In this document: positions 22,013 through 32,992 of the stretch, one piece after another
How the letters are laid out: every line of letters begins with the position of its first letter
Numbering within the stretch: the first letter of the stretch is position 1
Origin: Dimargaris cristalligena
Lineage: Eukaryota
Length of the DNA: 33,984 nucleotides
Direction: 5' to 3'
Assembly: GCA_003614675.1 (NCBI GenBank)
Contig: ML002398.1
Coordinates: 1 to 33,984 of the forward strand
Notes under the pieces: generated by a model
Database searches by the model: none
Told to the model about the DNA's origin: nothing
The model's input: the letters and a program-made list of their open reading frames with translations, nothing else
Position numbers and translations under genes: made by a program

Positions 22013-23392
22013 ATGGCGGATTCACCGGCCCCTGCTGCTAAGAGAAAACCTTCCACCAGCGCAGCTCATTTACGAAAGAAAGTTCGAAGTCTGGAGGGTT
22101 TCCGGGCGCTCCAGGAAAACTTCGGTACGACCACCCCACCGACCGTACCATTACCAGCCGACCCACCCAGTTCAGGAATACAGTCCCAGCCTGTGGCCCC
22201 AATATCCAATTCCGACCAAACCAACGCTGGGGATAAGGACAAGAGCCAGTCGGAGTCCAAGAAGAGTAAGGAGTCGAAGCGATATATTTACGGGAACTAT
22301 GCCCAGTACTATGGCTACCGGCAGCCCTCCCAAGGGACAGTCGATCCTGTCGCCGCACTGGACCCGCGTATCGCATTATTAGACCCCGCGTGGATTCGGA
22401 ACCAGCGGGTCCTTGATATCGGTTGCAATGCGGGCTTTGTCACGTCCGGACTGGCCTTGCATTTGCAGCCGTGGTGGGCGGTGGGGGTGGATATCGACCC
22501 TACTTTGATTCGCAAAGCTAAGCAACACCTCCACTTCATTAATTCCCTGCTGCCACCATCGTTTCATTCGACTTCAATAGAGAACATATCGACCCGACCA
22601 GCCATCTACTTCCCTCTGTCTATGCCCCGCCTCTTTGGGAATATTCCAGTATTCCACCACCCCCAGGTTCCAGCGGAGTATTATACGAGGCAGAATGTAT
22701 CGGCCGTCCACAATCACTCAGGTGATAGAAAGACGGAGGAGAAGGAGCCTTCCCACTCCGCCCAATTAACCCCCACCCCGACTTTGGTCCAGTCTCCTTT
22801 AAAATTCCCGCAGAATGTGTTCTACCATTCACTCAACTGGCTCCACCCCCCCGACCCATCCCCCCTACCCACCCATTACGATACTATCCTGGCCCTCAGT
22901 GTTAGCAAATGGATTCATTTGCACCATGGTGATTTTGGCCTTTGCCAGTTTTTCCAAAAGGCCTACGACCAACTCGTCCCCGGTGGCCGGTTCGTGCTGG
23001 AACCCCAAGCCTTCGAAGGCTATGCTAAAAGGAGTCGCCTGACCGAAACTATGAGCCATAATTACCAATCGATACAAATGCGACCCGAACATTTTAAGGA
23101 GCATCTCATGTCGGTGGTTGGGTTCACCTCCGTGATGGTGCTACGAGACTCCGCGGATTCGTCTACAGGTAAGTCAATCCATCCCTCTCTCCGAAGTGCA
23201 ATAATTTCCCTAATTATGTTATGGTCTGCTTTCCGACTAGATTATTGTCTATTCAGACCACCCAGGGTAATTCGAATGACTTTACATACCCTTCTCGCCC
23301 ATTTTAACTTACCAACTCTATTGATCACCCCAACACCATTGCATTTACCGCCTTTAGGTTTCGATCGGCCCATTTACGCCTTTATAAAATAA
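22013..23392 (+). CDS. BIN3: Bin3/MePCE-family RNA methylphosphate capping methyltransferase (about 396 aa)
   Basis: Exons 22013-23168 and 23358-23392 (G|GTAAGT...TAG|GT). Motifs YGNYAQYYGYR, DPRI, VLDIGCNAG, GVDIDPTLI, YDTILALSVSKWIHLHHGDFGL, LVPGGRFVLEPQ, GFDRPIY. Confidence 0.93.
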   Translation: MADSPAPAAKRKPSTSAAHLRKKVRSLEGFRALQENFGTTTPPTVPLPADPPSSGIQSQPVAPISNSDQTNAGDKDKSQSESKKSKESKRYIYGNYAQYYGYRQPSQGTVDPVAALDPRIALLDPAWIRNQRVLDIGCNAGFVTSGLALHLQPWWAVGVDIDPTLIRKAKQHLHFINSLLPPSFHSTSIENISTRPAIYFPLSMPRLFGNIPVFHHPQVPAEYYTRQNVSAVHNHSGDRKTEEKEPSHSAQLTPTPTLVQSPLKFPQNVFYHSLNWLHPPDPSPLPTHYDTILALSVSKWIHLHHGDFGLCQFFQKAYDQLVPGGRFVLEPQAFEGYAKRSRLTETMSHNYQSIQMRPEHFKEHLMSVVGFTSVMVLRDSADSSTGKSIHPSLRSAIISLIMLWSAFRLDYCLFRPPRVIRMTLHTLLAHFNLPTLLITPTPLHLPPLGFDRPIYAFIK

Positions 23393-24001
23393 GGCTAGCG
23401 GTCTATTTTTTTCTTAAAGGGGACTGGGCTGTGACGGGCGCCAGATTCTAACAAGTGGATTCCCCCCTTGTATTTATAATTTAATAATGACAATTAAAAG
23501 GCCATGGCATAGTAATACCCACTAACATATACGTGTATAAATTACTCTACATATGTTGGTACGGAATGACGGCCTCGAAGGGGAGTCACCATACTCCAAT
23601 TCTGACAGGCAACCAATCGTATTATTAGTTAACCCATCCCCACGCCTAAAAGTCGAGACGCAGAATAAGTAGTTTAGGAATGCTACATTTTGAAAATCAA
23701 ATGATATATTGGTAGCAAAGTCGAAAATATAGGGCGAGTGATGAATATCCATGACTTATGGTAGTGAAAAATTGTTAGGAATAGTCATTATGACAACTCG
23801 AATACCTGTCAATAAAAGGGCATGTACTAAATGTTATATATCTCGTAGCTGTATCTGTTAGATGTTTGGTAATTGTTTTAATTTTATAATGGTTTATTGA
23901 GATATAGCGAATGTAAGTTCTCTAAGGTTGATTAGAGCGACATTTTCAGTGGTAACCGGATGCCACGGTACAATAGGGGATGTAAATAGTTAATGGCGTA
24001 T

Positions 24002-24712
24002 TTAGTAGCCACCGTGGCCGCCACCGCCGTGTCCCCAACCACCACCGCTGTTACCGCCGTGACCACCACCGTGGCCCCCACCGTGACCGCCACCATTGCC
24101 CCAACCGCCGCCGCTGCTACCGCCATGACCACCGCCGTGACCTCCACCACCATGTCCCCAGCCGTTGCCACCATGGCCGCCGCCGCCGTGACCACCACCT
24201 CCGTGACCCCATCCGTTGCCATGGCCGCCGCCGCCGTGACCGCCACCGCCATGTCCCCAGCCGCCTCCGCTATTACCGCCATGGCCCCAGGCGTTTCCGC
24301 CGTTGCCATAACCGTACCCATCACCGCGGCGGTAGAGGGCATAACCGCCGCCACTACCACCGTGACCACCGCCGCCATGGCCGCCGCCACCATGTCCGTG
24401 ACCACCATGTCCGTGACCACATCCGTCACCACCATGCCCGTGACCGCCACCAACGTGGCCCCATCCGTCACCACCATGTCCGTGACCACCACCACCATGC
24501 CCGTGACCGCCACCAACGTGGCCCCATCCGTCACCGCCGTGACCGCCACCGCCGTGGCCCCATCCGTCACCGCCGTGTCCGTGACCGCCACCGCCGTTGC
24601 CCCATCCATAGCCATCTCCGCGAGCGGCAAGCGAGCCGGTAGCGGGGGCGGCCATCGTGTTGACCGCCATGACGCTGGCGAGCAGAGTAGCCATTACAGC
24701 ATTGACCTTCAT
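24002..24712 (-). CDS. Secreted Gly/His/Trp-rich repeat protein (236 aa), putative Kex2-processed precursor with two modules
   Basis: Signal-peptide-like MKVNAVMATLLASVMAVNTMA, pro-segment ending LAAR, modules starting GDGYG after R and LYRR, GWGHGGGGH repeats, C-terminus HGGY. Clear paralogue of 1334-2260. Confidence 0.9.
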   Translation of the reverse strand: MKVNAVMATLLASVMAVNTMAAPATGSLAARGDGYGWGNGGGGHGHGGDGWGHGGGGHGGDGWGHVGGGHGHGGGGHGHGGDGWGHVGGGHGHGGDGCGHGHGGHGHGGGGHGGGGHGGSGGGYALYRRGDGYGYGNGGNAWGHGGNSGGGWGHGGGGHGGGGHGNGWGHGGGGHGGGGHGGNGWGHGGGGHGGGHGGSSGGGWGNGGGHGGGHGGGHGGNSGGGWGHGGGGHGGY

Positions 24713-27700
24713 CGTGAAGATAATTGGTTCAGACTAAGAGCCGCAGTCGAGTGGGTTAATTGTCGCCGAAAGGTGGCTGGTTGATCAACACCTGATCGAA
24801 ATTGCTTTGGATAATGTAAGAAGTTTGGATGTCGTGAAAGAAGTACCGACGCTGAGATTGAGCGCAGGTCACACTTGGAGTCGTTAAAGAGTCGTTAGAG
24901 GGAGTAATCTATAGAGAAGTTGGGTCTTGCGAATGTTGCAAGACCAATACTAGATTGAATCGTAACAGGCTTGAAAAGTGGTGTGTAAGAAGCGGAGAGC
25001 AGTGTTTTGATGAGTTAATACGAAGAGCAGGCAGGCCCTATATATACTAGCCATCAGCACTAATATTTTGATTTTCGTAGATATATTCCTAGCCTCGTCC
25101 ACCACCAAGGTACTAGAAAATGCAAGGCCTCTAGGAACTCTAGATGCTACACATCATTTAATGAATTCTGTATGAGTGATGCACCCCAAACCTCCGCCTT
25201 CCCCCCGGCATCGGATAGGTGGACTAAGCTAGGCACTGGACGATGTCCACCCCCATCGCCCGCCTTGCACTGCCTCCGGTCAGAAAACCTCGGCAGCAAT
25301 CTTTTATCTCGCTGATCTGTAATATTAAAAAGGAGGGAGGGGGCGTATGACGAGAGAACATGGCTACTCACAGTGAACACAGAATCACCCTCTCAGCCGA
25401 TGGACGTGTGTTATTCGAGTCATTCATGCAAAGGGGGGTATTCCGTGAAATTAAAGTAACCAACTGGATAATAACCCCCCTCTTCCCCTGGACGAACTAT
25501 TGGCCTTAACCCTCCCTCCCTCTTTTGGACCTTTCGCCTCCTGTGCACGCTTCTATTAAATTGCCTTGCTCACTCCACCCACTCCGCCAATTGACTAATG
25601 ACATTGACGCTGCACTCGGGGGGCCATTCGATAGACGAGTGGGCTCTAAATCATACCCTCTCCCTCAGCTTCCCAAGTCGGCATATTGTCACTAGGGGGT
25701 AAATCCACATTTCGAAATCTTAAATAGTCCAAGGAAACCCAGTCGCCCGATAAATGGGCATTTGGCTGGATCGGGAGGGGGGAGTGCTTCTGAACTACAG
25801 TTACAAAGCAGTCACAGACTCTATTCGGTTAAACTCTATTACGCAAATTCCAATACTAAGATTCGAAAAGGTACATAACCAACCGTCCACACATTTTCCC
25901 CCGTCCCTAACAGCGATCTCACAATTCAGTGAATAGGCAGTAATCTATGTGGCCTCTCCTGTTCTACTACATTCGTAAGCCCATTGCAATCCCTCCCATG
26001 TGGTTGATACACACCGGTTTGGGGGTATACTCCTTCTTACTGGAACATCCTTGGCTATGCTTAAATGGTCTGGATCCTAGCCCTGCCACTGTACCCCGAC
26101 AAAAGGTGGGAACATTGTGGCCACGTCGGCAATTGACCACTATAATGCATGCCACTCCTCTGTTCAGTCGCGGAACGAGGCTTAGTCAACTACGGCCACC
26201 TCGACGCTCACTCTGGCGTACATGCGCTTGCACATGGCCATATTGTTCGCTATGGGCCGAGTGGTTTGCTAGTACCCGCGGTTGAATTATGAGCTAACTT
26301 AGCGACTGTGTATGAATCAGCTTAATGGATGGCGCCATTGTCACATCCCTAAGGTATCAAGTATGCGTGACTCTTGATTGCAGATGCCTGCGGGAAATCG
26401 CTAGAAGAAAAAAACTGTAACATCTAATTCACTGACAACCTCTCGGCTGCTAGCATCTAAATGGCGCATACCCGTAGCGCCTCATTTTACTCATACGAAC
26501 CCCCTGAATATTGTATTCGCACTTTATCATTAGCCATTTCATCTCTGACAAGGTCATGTTATTCTCAAGTAAGTAGTGTCTACGCGGGGTTCGGGTCCGA
26601 TTACCTGATTGGGCTGAACCATCTAAAACCCCTCAAGTTAAAAATCGGAATGAAAGTTATTTAGGCTGACTAAGGGAGGTTTGGAGTCAGTGGACACATT
26701 CCAGTGAACTCGCACTTCGTTATGCTGGCAATAATGACGCCAGCCCAATATACGAGGAACTTGGTATTTGAAGTGGGTTAGGGGGTTACCTAGAATAAGT
26801 TGTCATAAAAATGGGTTTATAAACTATACTGAAGTAGTTTTACCTTGGGTTATGTGCTATTTAATGGTCTACGCCGCTATACTGTTCCTCAGGGATGGGT
26901 GGTGGAGAAGATGTCTACCCAGTTAATTGGCTATCCTTGGAAGTAGATAATGGGAGAACAAAATAGTTCTAAGGTACAGACTGACCTCCGATAACGTTTG
27001 GTGAACTTCATTTATTAGCCAGGCTTTGAGAAGCCGACAATTCTAATTATAGTGTCGCTCTATTATCTAGGCTGTAGGGGGGCGGAGGTCGGTCACCATT
27101 GAAAGAAGGGGGCGGGTATATCTAACTGAACCTGCCAGTGAGAAAGAATGGTCACCAAACGCCCTTAGTGGGAAGACTGAGGAGTCAAACTCGTGAAACA
27201 TTTCAAATGTATCCTAGTGAAGTATTGTTAGAGAAGGGGGATTTAATGTTTAATGTGAACCATAGGACTGGAAACCCTTTGAACCAGTTATACGTGTCGA
27301 AGGGATTCCACTACTACCCTACTGCTTCGAAAATACCCTAGTTATCTTTCTTAATTCCCCCGTCACTCCATTCCCCACCCACTATAAGCCCCAGTTACCC
27401 TCCACACTACCCTCCTCGAGTCCACTATCCGGCTATCGGGGGCATATGATTTCCCCCAAAATAGTTAGGTCGTATTTTAACATTATGATTGATGCGAACC
27501 TACCCACCTTTAATAATACGTTTCCCCTTTGACTAAAGATGGGTCTTTTCAGGCCATGCAATATTACATTTCATACTGCGGCCTCAATCGAAATACTCTG
27601 CTTATCCCCGGTGCCGTTCCCCTGCACTTAGGAGCTGGACTATGTAACGAATCATCAAAATCCTCGATTCGAGTTGGAAAGAGTAACACGGCTGGTTGTA

Positions 27701-28104
27701 CCCGTCACACTCTGTTGATAGTACGGCCAAATCACCGTGTTTCTTCAGAGTGTGGTTTATTTTGTCTATTGAGCCCCCCTTCCTCCCCCCCAAAAAAACT
27801 GCCCAAACTACACGAGTAAAGAACCACCGCCTGATTTCAGTTGAAAGGTCTGGTCGGTATGGTAGGAATAAAAATAAATACAATGTAATTACCTCGCCTT
27901 ATGCTAGTGGGCTGGATTTCACTCCCCCAGCCTGTAATTCGGCTATATGATGCGCCCTAGCCCTCTAAGATACCTTGATTTTATAACTGTGTATCCTGTA
28001 TCAACAATGCCTTTCGCCTATTTTCCTTTATCTTATTAGAGTGCAATACCTGTTGCCAACCCTCGACGAACTACAGCCTGTATTTTTGATGACACCGCTC
28101 CATC

Positions 28105-30031
28105 ATGGGACCATGTAGCATATATTTTATTATTTCGTGGACCTTGGTCCTTCTACTTAGCTTTGAAGTATTCGGCAACCCTGTTGACGCCAATACTAAC
28201 TCGATTAAAGTTAAACCAAACCAATTCAATAGCAATATCCAGATACCCTCATTGAATGATGATATTGACTCCGTGATGCCAGGAACCTATCCTCCTGCTA
28301 CCCACTTTGGGGCAACAGATTCCACTAAAGTTGTCAAGGCTGTGGTTTATGACTATGCGGAGTTGGACACGACCCGGAAGGACCAGCTATCCCATCTCCC
28401 CAATGAACTGCTAAACTGGATTCTCTACCTAGCATACGACCACCACTCTTGCACTGAGCTCACAAAAACTCCCTGAAAGATAGCGGCCATCCTTTCTTAT
28501 CACCCAATGGAACAAGTCAGGGTAAGCCATGTGTGTATTAATAAAGCAGTTGAAAGTCACGCTTCCGCAAAATTTACCCATAGCTTTTCACTCAGCCCAA
28601 AATATTCATTCACTCAACCTATCTTGCCCCTGATGCTTAATTACTGCCAACCCACATGTAACTGTACTAATCACCATATTTTTATACTTATGTTTACTCA
28701 CCTGTGTATTCAATGTCATGTGACTGGCACTCCAGTCAACTTTCAGGAATCTCCATCGGGGAATAAGCCAATTCAAGACTATGGAACTCACCACTAGCAG
28801 GGTCTTGGGTAAACTACAGATATGGCATGGCTAATCCAATCACTTGGTTGCTGACGGTTTGGCACCCCATAGTATTCGGGATATATTCCAAGCCTGGCAT
28901 CTATTACTCTGCTATCAAATAGATGGTGCCTATTTCAGCTACATCTACAGACACTGGGGGAAATTCACTGCTTTTATAAAAGCTGCCAATGCTAGCCAGG
29001 GTTTCCATGACCATCTCGCTAAACTCACCAGCTTCTATGCCCAGTTGAAAAAATATTGGGAATCTCCCATTTTCGAGAAAGACACATGGCGGTTCATCAA
29101 CCTTGCTGACCTATCTACTACAGATGTGGCTAAAAAGCTGCCGCTCATTGCCCTAGTCGATGATCAGCCAGATGGTTGCAGTGTTTGGCGAGTATTCCAA
29201 GTGCTCACAGACCCTACTATGCTCTGGCTCACCCAACACCCTTGGGTAGTTGATCATCATTTGGGATTCAAGCAACTCAACAGCACACTGCAGAATTGGA
29301 TATCCGCCGTTTGGCAGGCGGATGCCAGCTGGGACTATTCCCGGCTATGTGACCAACTATTCGGCACCGCCGCCACAATTCTAATGGCCCAGCTTACCAC
29401 CACCAGGCATTATGAGGAACTGTTGGACTTTATGATGGCTTTAAGCCAAGCGTATCTGGGCCGCCACAGCTGGGTGGTCACCCCCATTAGACTCTACTGG
29501 CTCTATGGCCTGGCTATCCTCCTGGTCGCCGTGGTTCGCCAAATGGATATGGTGGAATTTTTGGCTGTCTTGCACCACGACCATCACTCTGAGTCGAGCC
29601 CGGATTATTGTAGTCTAGGGGATGAAATGTGGGCGCTGGGCTTACTCGATAGTGCAGTTTTTCTAGAGTTGACCCTCAAGTGTGATGAATCACAGTTCGA
29701 CCAGCTGACCCAGCAACAGCAGTGGGAACTGACTTACAACCTCCCCTATCTTGACCAAATCCACCTCACGGATGATGGAAGTGCACAACTGGGTGTTGCC
29801 ATTCGTATAAGGGAATCAGAAATCGACAACCTACCTGAGTTGGCCGATATGGATGCATTTCCACCATATGAACCACAGTGGAACTTTATGGTGCACGCAC
29901 TTGATCCGGCGTTTTTTACTCTAGTCCGCAGTGCAGCCTATGCAGGATCTCGGCGTTTTATCCAAGAGCACAAAAACGTGGATATATCCAACCTTCTGCG
30001 GGATCGTTTCGAAATACCCTCTGATTTTTAA
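28105..30031 (+). pseudogene. Disabled paralogue of the secreted F-box-like protein gene (two in-frame stops)
   Basis: Exons 28105-28521 and 28736-30031, with the same phase-0 intron position as the neighbour. TGA at 28474-28476 and TAA at 28832-28834 interrupt a frame that aligns with the paralogue on both sides (TKTP*KIAAILSYHPMEQV vs LKTSKRIATIIMSHPTEKV; QIWHG*SNHLVADGLAPH vs EAWYLNLHRPMDSSLPTH). Confidence 0.8.
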
Positions 30032-30953
30032 CGAAGGCACACGGTGTATAGCCAGCAATACTATATGATATATATATATTATTACACAAAAAGCGTAGGC
30101 TTAAATCATACTATGTAGATATATAGATGGGAGAGAGGAGTTCAGTAAAGTTGTAAACGGCAGTATTTGTTATTATTAGATAAACGAGTAGGCTATTCGT
30201 TTTTCTATACATGGGAGAAAATCGACTGGAGTGCATTTTATCAAGTCCATTGAATGAGGAAAATACTATATATTAAAAAAAACCGTCTCCCCTGTTTTTC
30301 TATACTCATAGCATTTAAACCCTTATATTGCTGGGCCGAATTTCTTCCATCAAAGGCTGGACAAGACTTTTACCATGTTAACCTTATCATTTAACTATAG
30401 TTTTTTCTTTAGTCGCCATGAACGAGGGCGTCCAGTTGAGCCAATAAATAAAACAAAATGGAGGTCAGCCCAATTGGACACTTAAGTTACACAATATGTG
30501 CATCACCTGTTTAGTTGTAGCACTTCCGTCCACCCCCTGTGTCTTTCAAGGATAGGTTGGATGGGTTGCCCATTGATCAATCCCCATTAAAAAGTCGGCG
30601 GTGGCGTTGGTGATGGAATAATGGGCAACAAGGGGGGCGTTTATACGCAATTAGGTTATTTCCACAGTGTGTAAAAATAGGGATGCTCATACATTAGCCA
30701 ATGTGTAGGTAAAGCAGCTGAACTGGAAATCCTGGTTTGCGGTTCGCTGCAGCTTTGTTTACATTGTAACGAAACGGATCCGCTCACCCCAGCCTGGCCT
30801 TTCTCCTCTTTTATATGGTCTTCGGGGATTTTGTCGCTAATACGGTGACATTTGTCTAGATTATCTCGTCTGATTACTTTTCTAGTTTTTCTGGTCCATT
30901 GGAACGTAATCGCTTTCAGAAATCATTATTATATCAAAATACGTTCTTTTAGG

Positions 30954-32992
30954 ATGCGTCTCATTCATCTTATTGTCTTCGGTTTCAGTGTTAGGGTGCA
31001 CGCTCAGCTGGGCCCGGATACACTTGAAAGTACACTGGGTAAGTCCGACCTTGGCGATTCGGGTAAAATAACTGACTCAGCGGCCTTCCGAACCAGTACA
31101 CATCCACCCGTCCCAGCCGATCAGATATCAAGCCCCGCTACCCAGCCTGTCGAATTGCCAGAGCGAGCTTCATACCCTGACGCGATAATTGACCCCTCGA
31201 CACTTGATTTTCTGAAGAACATTCCCGTCGAAATATTACAGCCAATTTTGTATAAGGCTTATGACAGATATACCCGCCTAGAGCTTTTGAAGACTTCCAA
31301 AAGAATAGCGACTATCATCATGAGTCACCCAACAGAGAAAGTACTGGTAGGTTACTCGAACTATATATTTAGCAGTCTTTTGAGGGTTTATTATTATACC
31401 ATTAGTTGAAGGGGAGTCATTTCCGAACAAGACACCATTTTTTGACAATACTCTAGGATGGACCCAGCATAGTTTTCCATATTTAGATATTCGTTATTAC
31501 ATTTCCACACTAAGTATTGAAATACAATCTCCGAAACTTCGCCTATAGTAAATCGCACATCATATTGCAGCCACTAACTATTTACCCTCGACTTGATGTA
31601 CACCGTCCTTTGCTATACACCCCATACCATGGCTTTCTACCCACTCCTCGCACCCTGCCCCTTCACACTTGGGAAACTCAGACGCTATACCGCGGTTTAC
31701 AGCGTAGAATTAAACTGCATGAAGCGGAAGACTGGTCCTTAAGAGGCATCCGGGCGAAGTTCGAGGCCTGGTATTTAAATCTCCACCGACCGATGGATAG
31801 TAGTCTACCCACCCATGGGATTCCGGGGACACTCCAGGTCTGGTTTCAGTTGCTCTCTCACCAAATATCCGGCTGTCTATTTTTACACGAATTTTCCTCG
31901 CTGATATCATTGAACACTTGGTTTAAAGACCACCTCCTGGAAGAACAAACGGTGGTGAAACTCTACCAAATCGGACAGCAGTACAATTTTATGAGGGTGA
32001 ACCACAACAGGCCACGTTTTCAGAAAGACGCCTGGCGGACGGTTAATCCCACCCATATGACACCCTCGATCCTGGCCGACCAACTTCCTCTCGTGGCCCT
32101 CGTGGACGCAATACCCCGAGGCCCCGATCTCCTTGACATGTTGAGTACCCTCACTAATCCATTTCTCATCGAGCTCGTCCAACGGTTTGATACCCGAAGT
32201 CCCACCTCTGAATTTCGTGCATTGGATGAGGATTTAAGACACTGGATTGTACTAATTCAGGAGCCCGAGATTAGAGGGCGTATGTACTGGTTGTACCGGC
32301 GGCTTTTTCACAACATAGCAACTATTATTATGGCCCGGCTGGTTACTACTGAGCGGTATATTGATTTGCGCCAGTTCGTCGAAGGCCTGCCACGGGTATT
32401 GGAGCTGAGCGGTAAGTTCATGTATGATCCAAAAGATCTCGGGTCATTACAACGTCTGGCTATTGTAATGGCCGCCGTGGCCCATCAGAAGCAACAGGTG
32501 TACAACTTACCGGATTCCCACATCAGCGACACGACTGACCGTAGCCCTGCAACTACGTTAAAAGTGAAATGCTCATTAGCTGAAGTAATGCGAAAGCTGG
32601 ACTTACCGCGCGGTGCAGAGTTTTTGGAACAAACATTGACCTGCCCGGGGCCCGAACAGGATGGAGTAGATAGTCTACCGATATGGGAGGTGGGCCACTG
32701 CCTTAAATTTATCGAGCAAATCCGATTGACCGATGAGGATAGGCCGCAAATGGGAGTGGTCGTTCGCGACTTGAGGTTTCATTTTAGCCCCGCTGGAGAG
32801 ATGCCGAACATGGGACTTTGGCCGTATTACAGAACCACCTGGGACTTCTATACGCATGGGTATGACCCCAAGTTTTATGATCAGGTACGGAGAATAGCAT
32901 ATGTGGGTTACAAACGGTATGGGATTGGGAGTATTTTGATAAGACCAAGTGAGATTCTACGGGACCGTCGCTCTATTCCCACTGATTTTTAG
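30954..32992 (+). CDS. Hypothetical secreted protein with F-box-like motif and uncharacterised C-terminal domain (about 567 aa)
   Basis: Exons 30954-31346 and 31682-32992. GTAGGT donor, CTAAC branch at about 31574, and the first downstream AG at 31680-31681. N-terminus MRLIHLIVFGFSVRVHA. Motif LKNIPVEILQPILYKAY...LELLKTSKRI. Shares F.KD.WR..N, LPL.ALVD, QI.LTD, WDF..H..DP.F and LRDR..IP.DF with the upstream copy. Confidence 0.8.

Noticed and set aside
1334..24712. Idea that the genes between the two precursors form a RiPP biosynthetic cluster
   Set aside because: The intervening genes are recognisable housekeeping genes. The methyltransferases are RNA-directed families, and no DUF3328, tyrosinase, peptidase or exporter is present.
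23932..24784. Mucin- or antifreeze-like Thr/Ala ORFs overlapping the second Gly/His gene
   Set aside because: Same antisense and alternative-frame artefact of the repeat codons.
25100..28100. Short ORFs in the 3-kb intergenic region (likewise 2450-4800 and 33000-33984)
   Set aside because: No recognisable motifs, consistent splice chains or coding-like composition. No tRNA, snRNA or 7SK hallmark was seen by eye, although an Rfam scan would be needed to exclude ncRNAs.
28474..28834. Stop-codon reassignment or selenocysteine as the explanation of the in-frame stops
   Set aside because: Two different stops (TGA and TAA) are involved, both are used as true terminators elsewhere in the window, and the aligned paralogue residues are Lys and Asn, not Cys or Trp.
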